Below are positions 49,465-59,348 of a stretch of DNA of 64,000 bases, one piece after another (the first letter of the stretch is position 1; the number at the start of each line of letters is the position of its first letter). The notes beneath the pieces were generated by a model. The model had not been told where the DNA came from and made no database searches. It saw only the letters and a list, made by a program, of their open reading frames with translations. Made by a program: the position numbers and the translations under genes. Source of the DNA: a virus (lineage: Duplodnaviria; Caudoviricetes); the IMG/VR virus record IMGVR_UViG_3300003316_000399, positions 27,633 to 91,632 of that record; one strand, written 5' to 3'.

Positions 49465-50154
49465 ATGAATCAAATATTTAATATTGATTGTTTATCATAT
49501 ACAAAATCAATGGACAGTGAATCCGTTGATTTAATAGTCACAGATCCGCCGTACCTAGCACGCTATAAAACCAATCATCGTAAGGACAAAAATCACAAAT
49601 TTTGTAATGAAATCCAAAACGATAACAATCCAAAATTACTTACAGATCTAATACCAGAACTCCACCGAGTTTTAAAGAACGACGCGGCATTATATATGTT
49701 CTGTCGTTCTGATGAGGTGGAGTTTTTTAAATCCCAACTACAGAAATACTTTAAAATAAAGAATATTATCATCTGGGTAAAAAATAACTGGACCGCTGGT
49801 GATCTGTCTGCACAATATGGTAAACAATATGAGATGATTATTTATGCAAATAAAGGGCGCCGTAAATTAGAGGGTCGTCGCGAAACAGATGTCTGGTTCT
49901 ATGATCGCGTTGTGGGTAAAAAGCAGATACATCAAAATCAAAAGCCATTGGATTTAATAAAAAGAATTATTACAAATTCTTCAAAGGTTGATGATTTGAT
50001 CTACGATCCATTTATGGGAAGCGGTACAACAGCTATCGCGGCGATTCAGCAGAATAGAAATTACGTTGGTTGTGAAATTGATAATGCATATTATACTATA
50101 TGTCAAGAAAATATTAAACAATTTGGAAAGGAGGTGATAGATAATGCTTGTTAG
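49465..50154 (+). CDS. DNA N6-adenine/N4-cytosine methyltransferase, beta class
   Basis: TDPPY, IIIWVK, HQNQKP, DPFMGSGTT. Confidence 0.92.
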   Translation: MNQIFNIDCLSYTKSMDSESVDLIVTDPPYLARYKTNHRKDKNHKFCNEIQNDNNPKLLTDLIPELHRVLKNDAALYMFCRSDEVEFFKSQLQKYFKIKNIIIWVKNNWTAGDLSAQYGKQYEMIIYANKGRRKLEGRRETDVWFYDRVVGKKQIHQNQKPLDLIKRIITNSSKVDDLIYDPFMGSGTTAIAAIQQNRNYVGCEIDNAYYTICQENIKQFGKEVIDNAC

Positions 50155-52726
50155 AAGGCTTGATGAAGAAGACTTGGCTGTTTTAGAAATCGTGGAAGAT
50201 CCAATTTTCTTCAGTGAGTTTATGAGAAGTACAAACTTTGGTTCTATGAAGAAAGAAGAATGGCCGAAACCCTTTGAACTTCGTTGGTATCAAAAAGATT
50301 TAGAAACAGATCAAACCGAGAAAATTGTTATAACAGGTGGTCGTGCTATTGGTAAATGCAGTCCTATTGATGCGCGTGTATATACCTATCCGTATGGTTA
50401 CCAGAGTATTAGAAATTTAATTCTTCAACAACGATGGCACGGACATTTTATTGTATATGCATTAGATAAAGAAATGAATCTAGTACAACGCCGCGCCCGT
50501 GTTGTTAAAAATGGCCTACGGGATGTGTATAAAGTAATTAGCGCGTCTGGTCATGTGTTTGAGGGAACTGCTAACCACCCATTACAAACGAAGCGCGGCT
50601 ATGTAATGATTAAAGATTTGCAAGATGACGATGAAATTGCGGTGGTAACAAGTCTTCCTCATGATTCTAAACAGGATATATTTAGCTGGGAAGAGCTTCG
50701 ATGGTTTGGTTATACAATTTATCGTGATAAATTATCTCCAGAATTGCCAATTTCTTATCGCGGGCAATCTCAATTTAATGAATTGAAAGCCATTGCTAAA
50801 TATTTCGATGCATCATTTGTAAATAATAATGACGGAACATGTTCAATGCTAAGAAAACGCGGGCCATTGAAACATTATGCTTCTTACTTGATCGAGCATT
50901 GTCAATTAGGCACTGCAAAAGGACGGGGTGCAGCACGATTACCATTGATTTTAAAAGCTGAACGATTGGATAATATTCGTGTTTTTATAGAATCTTTGTT
51001 TGCCGGAACTGGTATTATCTCGAAGGATTCTATTAGTTTAAAACACAGAAATCGAAGTTTTGTATACGATGTTCAAGAATTACTACTTCGGTTTGGTGTT
51101 GAGTTTACAGTAGTGCGGTGTGATGATGGATGGGAAACCAAGAATCTGGATTATAATGCATATTATACTTTCTTCCAAGAGTTTAACATACCGGGTCTTC
51201 AAATTACTGGTTTAAAATCTCCTGTTCTCCCAGATTATACTCGTCCATATCTAAAATACGAGTTAATTCGCTCTATTTCAAAAGAATATGCGCAGCATAC
51301 ATTTGGTATTGCAGTAGCACAAGACCATAATTATATCAGTGATAATTTTTATGTCCATAACACTCTTGTACTAACTGATATTATGATGTATGAAGCTGTC
51401 AATCCTGATTTAGCATTTCCTGACACAAAGAAAAGTGTTCTGGTAACACCAAATTTAAACCAGATGACACCATTGATTCAGACAGAGTTTCTACCACCCA
51501 TGTTATCGAGTCCATTTTTATCACACTTTTTTATAAAATCAAATCAATCTCAGGGTACAATTGAATTTAAGTCCACAGAGTCTAAAAATTATATTATGTT
51601 TACACGCATTGCTGGTACAAATAACGAGTCTAATATGGTAGGTTTGCACATTCCAAATATCAAAGGTGATGAGATGCAGATATTTCCTATGCCTGCATTT
51701 ATCCAACTGCGTCCCACATACAATACGTGGGAAGATAGGAAGAAACAGCGCTTTGCAGGAGTTCCCAATGGTGTGCGAGAGGGCAGTGTATTATATATGC
51801 TCGATCAGCGCGCATCGGATTTTAAGAAATATCGTATTCCTGCACTAGAAAATCCATATTACAGTCAAGAGCAACACGAGGAAGATCTTAAACTCTACGG
51901 CGGAGAAGAATCACAAGAATATCAAAATCTTGTTCTTGGTGAGCATGGTGAAGCCGCATTCTCAGTAATGCCGCGTGATAAGATTCAAACAGAATCAACT
52001 ATTCACTTTATGTCGAAACGCTTTAACCAGACCGACCAGCATGCTGGACGCGATTTTAAAGATGCTCTAACGCTTGTCGATATACCTAAAAAGCAATCTA
52101 GACTACTCATTATGGCCGCCGACTGTGGATTCACTGATCCAACTCTTATACACGTACTGGGTCAAGATGATAATGGAATTTGGAGATGTTTCGCCCGATA
52201 TCGTTTAACACGTATTACATTCCCTGATCAGGCGAGAATTATTGATTGGTTGGACAATCATTATAATTTTAATTATCTGTGTTTTGACTTCGGCGCGGGC
52301 GGAAACGGCGTTGGAATTGCTCAAGATTTGATGAATAGTGGTAGATTTTCCAAAGCTAGAAAATATAATGAACGTGTGTGGGGTGTCAGATTTAGTGATT
52401 ACATCGATATTGGATATGATTCAAAGGGACAACCTTTACAAGCAATGGCAAAATCGTACGCGGGTGAAGAATTGGGACGATTAGTCACTAATGGAAAACT
52501 ACTGTTCTCTGAGATAGATCTCGAAGGTTTAAGTCAATTAGAACGCATTGCTTATAATAAAAGGCCAAATGGTACCAATGATTATTTTGTAATGTCTGAG
52601 ACCGGTAAAGGTAAAACAAGAGATGATCATATATTTGATAGTTATCTTGTATTTACACTCGCGCTTACACAGATATTGCATGTGAAACCGAAGACTAGAT
52701 TATTTAGTGGAGCTACTTGGGTATGA
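50144..52726 (+). CDS. terL: Terminase large subunit (intein-containing)
   Basis: Walker A GGRAIGK|T split by an intein, Walker B GDE, nuclease ADCG.DPT and DDHIFDS; portal downstream. Confidence 0.88.
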   Translation: MLVRRLDEEDLAVLEIVEDPIFFSEFMRSTNFGSMKKEEWPKPFELRWYQKDLETDQTEKIVITGGRAIGKCSPIDARVYTYPYGYQSIRNLILQQRWHGHFIVYALDKEMNLVQRRARVVKNGLRDVYKVISASGHVFEGTANHPLQTKRGYVMIKDLQDDDEIAVVTSLPHDSKQDIFSWEELRWFGYTIYRDKLSPELPISYRGQSQFNELKAIAKYFDASFVNNNDGTCSMLRKRGPLKHYASYLIEHCQLGTAKGRGAARLPLILKAERLDNIRVFIESLFAGTGIISKDSISLKHRNRSFVYDVQELLLRFGVEFTVVRCDDGWETKNLDYNAYYTFFQEFNIPGLQITGLKSPVLPDYTRPYLKYELIRSISKEYAQHTFGIAVAQDHNYISDNFYVHNTLVLTDIMMYEAVNPDLAFPDTKKSVLVTPNLNQMTPLIQTEFLPPMLSSPFLSHFFIKSNQSQGTIEFKSTESKNYIMFTRIAGTNNESNMVGLHIPNIKGDEMQIFPMPAFIQLRPTYNTWEDRKKQRFAGVPNGVREGSVLYMLDQRASDFKKYRIPALENPYYSQEQHEEDLKLYGGEESQEYQNLVLGEHGEAAFSVMPRDKIQTESTIHFMSKRFNQTDQHAGRDFKDALTLVDIPKKQSRLLIMAADCGFTDPTLIHVLGQDDNGIWRCFARYRLTRITFPDQARIIDWLDNHYNFNYLCFDFGAGGNGVGIAQDLMNSGRFSKARKYNERVWGVRFSDYIDIGYDSKGQPLQAMAKSYAGEELGRLVTNGKLLFSEIDLEGLSQLERIAYNKRPNGTNDYFVMSETGKGKTRDDHIFDSYLVFTLALTQILHVKPKTRLFSGATWV
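50357..51361 (+). mobile_element. 335-aa intein with a degenerate LAGLIDADG endonuclease
   Basis: N-terminal Cys (CSPIDARV), block B TANHPL, C-terminal HNYISDNFYVHN followed by Thr. Confidence 0.92.
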
Positions 52727-54267
52727 CAAACACGACAATAAAACTGGCAAAAGCTGTTGCCTCATCCAGCTTTGTCCAGTTTGTACCTGGAACAAATGGT
52801 ACACAAACAACAAATAGATTTGGCGTATATGCAGATGGACATTATGGAGATCCAGCAAGTTTTGGATTTCCTCTGGATTTCCATTCAGAAGTGAGGCAGT
52901 GTAGGTTTTTCTATCGATATGATCCTATCGCTTCAACAACAATTAATAGAATGGCTGACATGTGTGTAACAAAACTCAGAAATAAACGCGGCAAATGTAC
53001 TGATGAAGAATTTAATTATTTTCAAGGATTGCAAGATTCACTTACACAGGTGTTAAAAGATGCAGCTCTGGAATATCTTATTACCGGTTTGGTCATTATT
53101 GATTACGGTGTAGAGAAATCTATGGGTAACAAAATTCATTCTAATCTCGGGAGAACTAGATATTCAATACCGACTCCGCTATGGGTTCGTAACCCGGATA
53201 CTATTAGAATGAAGAAGCTTCCCGCCGGTGCTGGTCGTCGTGTATATGTTACGATCACGTCCGATGAAGCTAATTTCATCATCCATGAGGGATTAAGACC
53301 AGATGGTACAAAAGATACAGATTTGTATAATGAATTTAAACGCAGTTTTCCTGAGTATGTAGCGCTGGTTAAACGCGGCGATAAAGAAATTCCCCTGGAA
53401 CATGTACATCCTGTTTTGAGAAAATCAACGACAAATTCAGATTACCCACAGCCATTTCTTACCCCCGCGCTTGCCCCACTTAAACATAAATGGCGTATTA
53501 AGCAAATGGATTATTCTATCGCAACCCGCGCTATTGAATCTATTTTGCACGTCAAGGTTGGTAACGATGATTTTCCTGTCGAGCCTGATGATGGTGCTAT
53601 TGATAATCTGCGTCAGCAGATGGAGGAGCGAAGATCTGGATTACAGGAAATCATCTATCGTCTCATTACAAACCATACAGTCGATATGAAATGGATTTAT
53701 CCACCGCTGGATGCACTTCTCTCCGACCAAAAATATAATGAACCGAATGCAGATATTTTTGTAGCAATGGGATTTAGCCGCACATTACTAGTAGGAGAGG
53801 CACTTCGTAGCAATTCTGGAGGTGCAAGTGGTACAGCTGGTCCAATTGCTACGCTAAACGAAGCGCGCGAACAACTTCTTAACTGGGTAAGAAAGTTATA
53901 TAAGGATCTTGCAGAATTAAATGGGTTTAAGAACATTGCAATTCCATCTTTTCCACCTATTCCATCATCAGAAATTATGGGGCTTGTACAATACGCCATT
54001 GAGGCAGCAAAATTCGGCGCTCTTTCTAAGAATAGTGTTGCTGAAATTTTTGGCACTGATTATGAAACAGAGCGCGAACAGCAAGAAATTGAGCTTAATT
54101 TCACAATAGATGATCAAAAGAAAATGCAGGAAGCATTTCCTAATCAATCAATCTCAACAAATGATGGTAAATTATTAATGAAACCATCAAATGAGGGAGC
54201 TATATCCACTGATAATAAATCCGATGCAGTGCCGACTTCCACAAGTAATACAAAGAAGGGAGCATAA
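52723..54267 (+). CDS. Portal protein
   Basis: About 514 aa directly after terL; CRFFYRYDPI..T.IN motif; ATGA overlap. Confidence 0.8.
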   Translation: MTNTTIKLAKAVASSSFVQFVPGTNGTQTTNRFGVYADGHYGDPASFGFPLDFHSEVRQCRFFYRYDPIASTTINRMADMCVTKLRNKRGKCTDEEFNYFQGLQDSLTQVLKDAALEYLITGLVIIDYGVEKSMGNKIHSNLGRTRYSIPTPLWVRNPDTIRMKKLPAGAGRRVYVTITSDEANFIIHEGLRPDGTKDTDLYNEFKRSFPEYVALVKRGDKEIPLEHVHPVLRKSTTNSDYPQPFLTPALAPLKHKWRIKQMDYSIATRAIESILHVKVGNDDFPVEPDDGAIDNLRQQMEERRSGLQEIIYRLITNHTVDMKWIYPPLDALLSDQKYNEPNADIFVAMGFSRTLLVGEALRSNSGGASGTAGPIATLNEAREQLLNWVRKLYKDLAELNGFKNIAIPSFPPIPSSEIMGLVQYAIEAAKFGALSKNSVAEIFGTDYETEREQQEIELNFTIDDQKKMQEAFPNQSISTNDGKLLMKPSNEGAISTDNKSDAVPTSTSNTKKGA

Positions 54268-54270
54268 TTT

Positions 54271-57200
54271 ATGGCGGTATCAGAATCGCGAGTCATTTCG
54301 CTCTCTAGGTCTGTCACACGTGATGTGGTAGATCCTATTATTTTAAAAATGCGTCAAGACTTGTATGGTTCTGGTGTTACATATAGTAAATATTTACGGG
54401 AAGATATATTACCGCCCAGTGTTCCTAAAGGAGACAATGATGTAATTGAAATTGTCGAGGATGCCGGGTTTATTAGGGGTCTTACTGTATACTCAGGATC
54501 ATATCACATAGCTGACGATCAAAAAATATTTGTGTTCGGCGGCATGAACGTTTCTACAAGTGGTGACACAACATTTATTTCATTGCCGGAATTTGGAACT
54601 CACAATCATGATGATAGATATTATACAAAAACTGAAATACAAACCTTATTAAGCGCAAAAGCAAATTTAAACCATTCTCACACACATTTCGATATCTCGG
54701 ACTGGACTACAGCCGTAGCCACACACCCAGCCGTGGCTGCAAACACAGAAAAAGTTACAAACGCCACGCATACAGGTGATGTTACTGGTAGTGGATATCT
54801 TACTATCCAATTAGACGCGGTAACATTGGACAAAATTGCAGATAGTGGTGCTTTAGAAGGACAAGTAATTTTATACCACAGTGGAAACTGGATAGTTGGT
54901 TATCCAGAAGTTGGTAGCGGAGTTCTTGTTATCCACGCAAGCACACATTATAGTGGCGGCACTGATCCTATTGATCCATCAGGTATCGGTGCAGCAACAC
55001 AAATAGCGTTGGATCAAGAAATTGCTGATCGTATAGACAGTTTAAATATACATAGCTCATTAATTGCATCGCCAACAACACTTGGTCATATAAAAGTTGG
55101 TCAATATTTAACTATTGATCCAGATGGAACATTGAATGCCATATCAGTTAGTGGAATACAAGATGTAACTATTGCGCACGGTGATTTACTATATAATTAT
55201 AGCGGAGAAATCACACGTTTACCAGTTGGACCTGAAGGATATTATCTATCCGTCATCAACGCGACACCAGTGTGGACTAGTTTTAGTGGTATAGATGGTG
55301 TTACTGTTATTGATGAAGATAATACAGTGTATAGCAGTGTAAAAACGTTGAAGTTTTTACATAGTTTAGTTACTGAAGTATCAGGATTAGCGACAATATC
55401 TCCAGGATTATCAATATTTGACCGAGATGGGAATGAGATCTCGCAATATGCACATACCATTGATTTTGCTAGTGGTTTTGATGTATCAATTATTGGAGCT
55501 GGGCATGTAAGAATTACAACCACTACCGCGTCAGATTTAAATGAACATGCTGCTGTTGTTGCAACTGATGAAATACTTGGACATGTTATAATTGGCGATG
55601 GTATTGATGTAACAGAAAGCGGCGTTATTTCATTTAAGGGAATTACCGTCACCGATTCTCAAAATGAAACAGAGCTGACTAATATCAAGGTGTTGAATCT
55701 ATATCGTGGCAGGGTTCAAGCAAGTGGTGATTCAATAGCACGTTTATTGCCAGCAATTTTTGTTGAAACAATTGATGGTACTGTTATAAACGCACATACT
55801 GAAATATTAGCCCTGGGTGCTGGTATTACCGCCACAGCTTCAGGACAAGGACGTGTTGTGCTAACCGCTGCACAAGCTGAAGATTTCATCGTGCAGACAA
55901 TCACCGATGGATTAACAACAAAAGCTCCATCATCCGACGCGGTGTATGATCATATTGCAGCTTTAAATTTTGACGATCGCTATTTCACAAAAGCAGAGAT
56001 CAGTGGCTTTCTATCAATGAAAGCTAATGTTACACATACACATTTGTCATCGCAAATTCTAGATTTTGATGCTGCTGTTTCTAATGTTCCAGATGTTGTG
56101 GCAAACACGGCAAAAGTTAGTAACGCGACACACATTGGTGAGGTTGAAGGAAGCGGTTATCTTACTATTAAAGATGGTGTAGTAACGCTTTCTAAATTGT
56201 TTGCTGAAGATATTCTTGAAGGACAGGTTATTATTTTCCGAGATGGAGAGTGGCAATATGGTACTCCAGATGTAGTAGCTGTCGCATCCGGCGATATTGA
56301 TGGAGGGTTTTTCACAACACCCGGCGCTACTATTAGGCTCAAACGCGGTAATGCTATCGATGCACCAACATTAGCAATTGGAGAATTGGGATGGAGGCTT
56401 GATACACAAGAATTATATATTGGTCATAGTACGGGTGATAAACTTATCCAGAACGCTATTCAGCTACGCGGTCGGCCTGTTGAAACTGATTCTCCAACTG
56501 AACAGCAAGTTCTTATCTGGAGCGAAGCGCAGGATGCCTGGGTTAATGGCATGGTGGAATATGTTAATAATGCTGGAAATTTAGCCGGATACCCACCTGA
56601 ATATTTTCTTAACACTTCCCATTTAACCACATATGCAACTACTAGTGGTTGGGGACATGTGCGCATTGGTACAGGTATTCATGTTGACAGCAGTGGAATA
56701 ATTACGAATGATATCGGAATTGTAAGTGGAGAATTAACTGAGCATTCAACAAAAATTGCTTCAACCACGGAGTTAGGACATATTATTGTTGGTAATGGAT
56801 TATCCATTGATCCATTTGGTGTACTGTCCGCTGCGGCAGGAAGTGGTGAATTTAGTGATCCAACAGTAAACGTTGGAGACATTATCTATCGCGGTCCTGA
56901 TGGCCTTACAAAGCTTCCGATAGGTGATGATGGACAATTTCTCAGTGTATACAGTGGTTTGCCGAGCTGGAGCAACGCGGATTCTATACCACCGCCTGAA
57001 AGCGTTTTAACAGATGAATTTGAAATTCCTGGTGCGTTAAACTCTAAATGGACAGTACTTAATTCTAGTAATATTGTTACTAACGACGTGAGTACGACTC
57101 ATGCAGGTGCATATTATGCGAAACATCGAGACGAGCCGGGTCAGGGTGACTTTATTTCCGGTATTTACCAAACTATGACAGGTGCGGATTTTGAAGTAAC

Positions 57201-57600
57201 CGCGAAAGTATCTGTCCTTGGACGTTATGCTGACTATCTACTTGGTGGATTGGGAATTAGAGAAGCCAGTGGTAACAAAATTGCACTGCTATCGCTTGCA
57301 AGAAACGCAGCGGGCGGTCTTTGTAACTTCTTAAAATATAATTCACCAACATCGTTTAACTCAGGAGCACCTGCTGCTGGTTTACAGGGTTTTGTTATGC
57401 CAACATTGTATATGAAACTGCGCTTAGAATCCGGTGTTATTTGGATACATTATTCGTTAGACGGGTTATATTGGCAACTTATACATACTGAGACATGGAC
57501 ATTCTTTACACCAGGATATGTTGGTTTATTTATCAACAATGTAAATACTGGATTGGACGCGGAGCTTATTTGCGACTGGTTCAGATTCAAGTATTTATAG
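54271..57600 (+). CDS. Modular fibre/receptor-binding virion protein
   Basis: HDDRYYTK.E and H.H repeats, LGH..VG.GL.ID repeats, Mtd-N-like IRLKRG..L..GELG..DT..LYIG, C-terminal ConA/GH43-C-like beta-sandwich (YSLDG..W, DWFR). Confidence 0.8.
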   Translation: MAVSESRVISLSRSVTRDVVDPIILKMRQDLYGSGVTYSKYLREDILPPSVPKGDNDVIEIVEDAGFIRGLTVYSGSYHIADDQKIFVFGGMNVSTSGDTTFISLPEFGTHNHDDRYYTKTEIQTLLSAKANLNHSHTHFDISDWTTAVATHPAVAANTEKVTNATHTGDVTGSGYLTIQLDAVTLDKIADSGALEGQVILYHSGNWIVGYPEVGSGVLVIHASTHYSGGTDPIDPSGIGAATQIALDQEIADRIDSLNIHSSLIASPTTLGHIKVGQYLTIDPDGTLNAISVSGIQDVTIAHGDLLYNYSGEITRLPVGPEGYYLSVINATPVWTSFSGIDGVTVIDEDNTVYSSVKTLKFLHSLVTEVSGLATISPGLSIFDRDGNEISQYAHTIDFASGFDVSIIGAGHVRITTTTASDLNEHAAVVATDEILGHVIIGDGIDVTESGVISFKGITVTDSQNETELTNIKVLNLYRGRVQASGDSIARLLPAIFVETIDGTVINAHTEILALGAGITATASGQGRVVLTAAQAEDFIVQTITDGLTTKAPSSDAVYDHIAALNFDDRYFTKAEISGFLSMKANVTHTHLSSQILDFDAAVSNVPDVVANTAKVSNATHIGEVEGSGYLTIKDGVVTLSKLFAEDILEGQVIIFRDGEWQYGTPDVVAVASGDIDGGFFTTPGATIRLKRGNAIDAPTLAIGELGWRLDTQELYIGHSTGDKLIQNAIQLRGRPVETDSPTEQQVLIWSEAQDAWVNGMVEYVNNAGNLAGYPPEYFLNTSHLTTYATTSGWGHVRIGTGIHVDSSGIITNDIGIVSGELTEHSTKIASTTELGHIIVGNGLSIDPFGVLSAAAGSGEFSDPTVNVGDIIYRGPDGLTKLPIGDDGQFLSVYSGLPSWSNADSIPPPESVLTDEFEIPGALNSKWTVLNSSNIVTNDVSTTHAGAYYAKHRDEPGQGDFISGIYQTMTGADFEVTAKVSVLGRYADYLLGGLGIREASGNKIALLSLARNAAGGLCNFLKYNSPTSFNSGAPAAGLQGFVMPTLYMKLRLESGVIWIHYSLDGLYWQLIHTETWTFFTPGYVGLFINNVNTGLDAELICDWFRFKYL

Positions 57601-57624
57601 TTATACAATAAGAAAGGATGTATT

Positions 57625-58410
57625 ATGAATATTGATACATCGACATACAATAAAACTATTCGTTTTCCAGCAACATTGGGAGAATTACCCATTGGCTGGG
57701 GAAATACAAATCTGGGTCGTAGACCAGGAAAACCGCGAAGTATTTTGATTCACACTACAAATAATCCACATCCCAATACAACATTTGAACAAGAGGCCGC
57801 ATTCCTTTTCAAGGATCATTTAGTAAGTGCGAATTATATCGTTGGACGCGCGGGACAAATAGCAGTTATTGTACCGGATAACCTTGTTGCGTGGCATAGC
57901 GGTGACTGTGTAGATAATGATTATGAAAATACATGGTCCATAGGCATTGAAATACATTGGTCACCGGCTAATGGGTATATGCCAGATTCCATCGTGCAAA
58001 CTGTAACAGAATTAGTGCGATCTATTCTAGCGCGATATCCTGATATTAAGAAAATTGACACACACCGCGCACAAGCGGTTCCTAAGGGGCGCAAAACCGA
58101 TCCTGATGGCTGGGATGATACACGATTCTACTCCTGGCGTAGTGAAATGCTATCACAAAACAACAATACAGGATATACAGGATATACAAAATATGGAAAA
58201 ATTGAATATTACAAAGTAATTCGTGGTCCAGCGCGGGTGCGTACATCTCCACATTTTGGTGATAACATTGTCCGCACATTACCTGTGGGAGAAATTATTG
58301 GTATTGATTCTTCGACTGTTTATGGTGATTATTGGGAAGGGAGTAATATTTGGTCACATTACGCAACAGATGAAGGCTTTATTCATAGTTTACTCCTAGA
58401 AAAGGTTTAA
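57625..58410 (+). CDS. Endolysin: N-acetylmuramoyl-L-alanine amidase (Amidase_2) with SH3-like domain
   Basis: ILIHTT, SANYIV, AWHSG, SIGIE, H...KTDP; C-terminal RVRTSP..GFIHS. Confidence 0.9.
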   Translation: MNIDTSTYNKTIRFPATLGELPIGWGNTNLGRRPGKPRSILIHTTNNPHPNTTFEQEAAFLFKDHLVSANYIVGRAGQIAVIVPDNLVAWHSGDCVDNDYENTWSIGIEIHWSPANGYMPDSIVQTVTELVRSILARYPDIKKIDTHRAQAVPKGRKTDPDGWDDTRFYSWRSEMLSQNNNTGYTGYTKYGKIEYYKVIRGPARVRTSPHFGDNIVRTLPVGEIIGIDSSTVYGDYWEGSNIWSHYATDEGFIHSLLLEKV

Positions 58411-58437
58411 TAAGGTTTCATATTATAGAGGAATCAT

Positions 58438-58992
58438 ATGTTTTCTATTACATTTACTGATTTGATATCTACTTTAATGTCAGTATCATCGCTTATTGTT
58501 CCAGGTATCATTCCTACCATTGGCCCATTGATATTCATCGAACAGCAAGTAATACCAACGGATACAAGTAATACGGGGTTATTCCTTTGGATTATTGGGG
58601 GATTGGCGGGAACAATCGGCGGCATGGGATTATTACTACGCACACAAGTCATGCCATTTATTCAGAAGCAGATTGAGATAAATCAGCAAGCGCATATAGA
58701 GGCTGAAAAACAAATGCTCGCGCGCTATACTGAACAACGTGATTATTTTATTCTACAAATAGAAAAGCTGCAGAGTGTTAATCAAGAACAAAGTACAAAA
58801 TTACTTACCGCGTTTTTACAACAGACAGAAGTAAGTTTACTCTTGCGCGATGCTGTAGCGCGGCTTGGTGATAGATTAGAGGATTTAGAACAAAAGGTAG
58901 ACGCATTGTTATTACGTAATGCCCAAATTACACCACACGCTTCACCATACATTGCATCACAGGCTGCAACAATTATGCCTGACAAGAACTAG
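58438..58992 (+). CDS. Holin-like membrane protein with coiled coil
   Basis: Hydrophobic segments (GLFLWIIGGLAGTIGGMGLLL) next to the endolysin. Confidence 0.55.
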   Translation: MFSITFTDLISTLMSVSSLIVPGIIPTIGPLIFIEQQVIPTDTSNTGLFLWIIGGLAGTIGGMGLLLRTQVMPFIQKQIEINQQAHIEAEKQMLARYTEQRDYFILQIEKLQSVNQEQSTKLLTAFLQQTEVSLLLRDAVARLGDRLEDLEQKVDALLLRNAQITPHASPYIASQAATIMPDKN

Positions 58993-59043
58993 ATAAGAAC
59001 TAGATTATAATCAAACTATAATTATCAAATGTATCCCCCTTTG

Positions 59044-59085
59044 TATCCCCCTTCCCTTAAACAAGGAAGGGGGGTATTTTTTTTT
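59044..59085 (+). terminator. Intrinsic terminator closing the lysis unit
   Basis: CCCCCTTCC/GGAAGGGGG stem followed by T9. Confidence 0.85.
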
Positions 59086-59320
59086 CCTACTGTATCACCG
59101 CGTTATTGTTTGTAATTTTCTATCTATATTTCCCCCCATCTATATTTCCCTGTTATACTATAAGTCATATATAGCGTGAGTATATTATGAGTGAGTAATA
59201 TATATATATATTTCTTTTTTTTGTTTTGTTTATTTTTCTAGGATATGAGTACCACAACACCCACTATTTGTATGCGACCTATACCCTTTTTTAACCACCC
59301 CGTCTGAGCAAAATGGGTAC

Positions 59321-59348
59321 TTGTAATCTTGCACATCCGTGGTATTAT
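59321..59348 (+). promoter_or_regulatory. Putative promoter TTGTAA-N16-TATTAT with extended -10 TG
   Basis: Read directly at the start of the GC-rich segment. Confidence 0.55.

Noticed and set aside
54271-57600. Diversity-generating retroelement target (Mtd-N-like motif)
   Set aside because: No reverse transcriptase and no TR/VR pair differing at adenines was seen in the window
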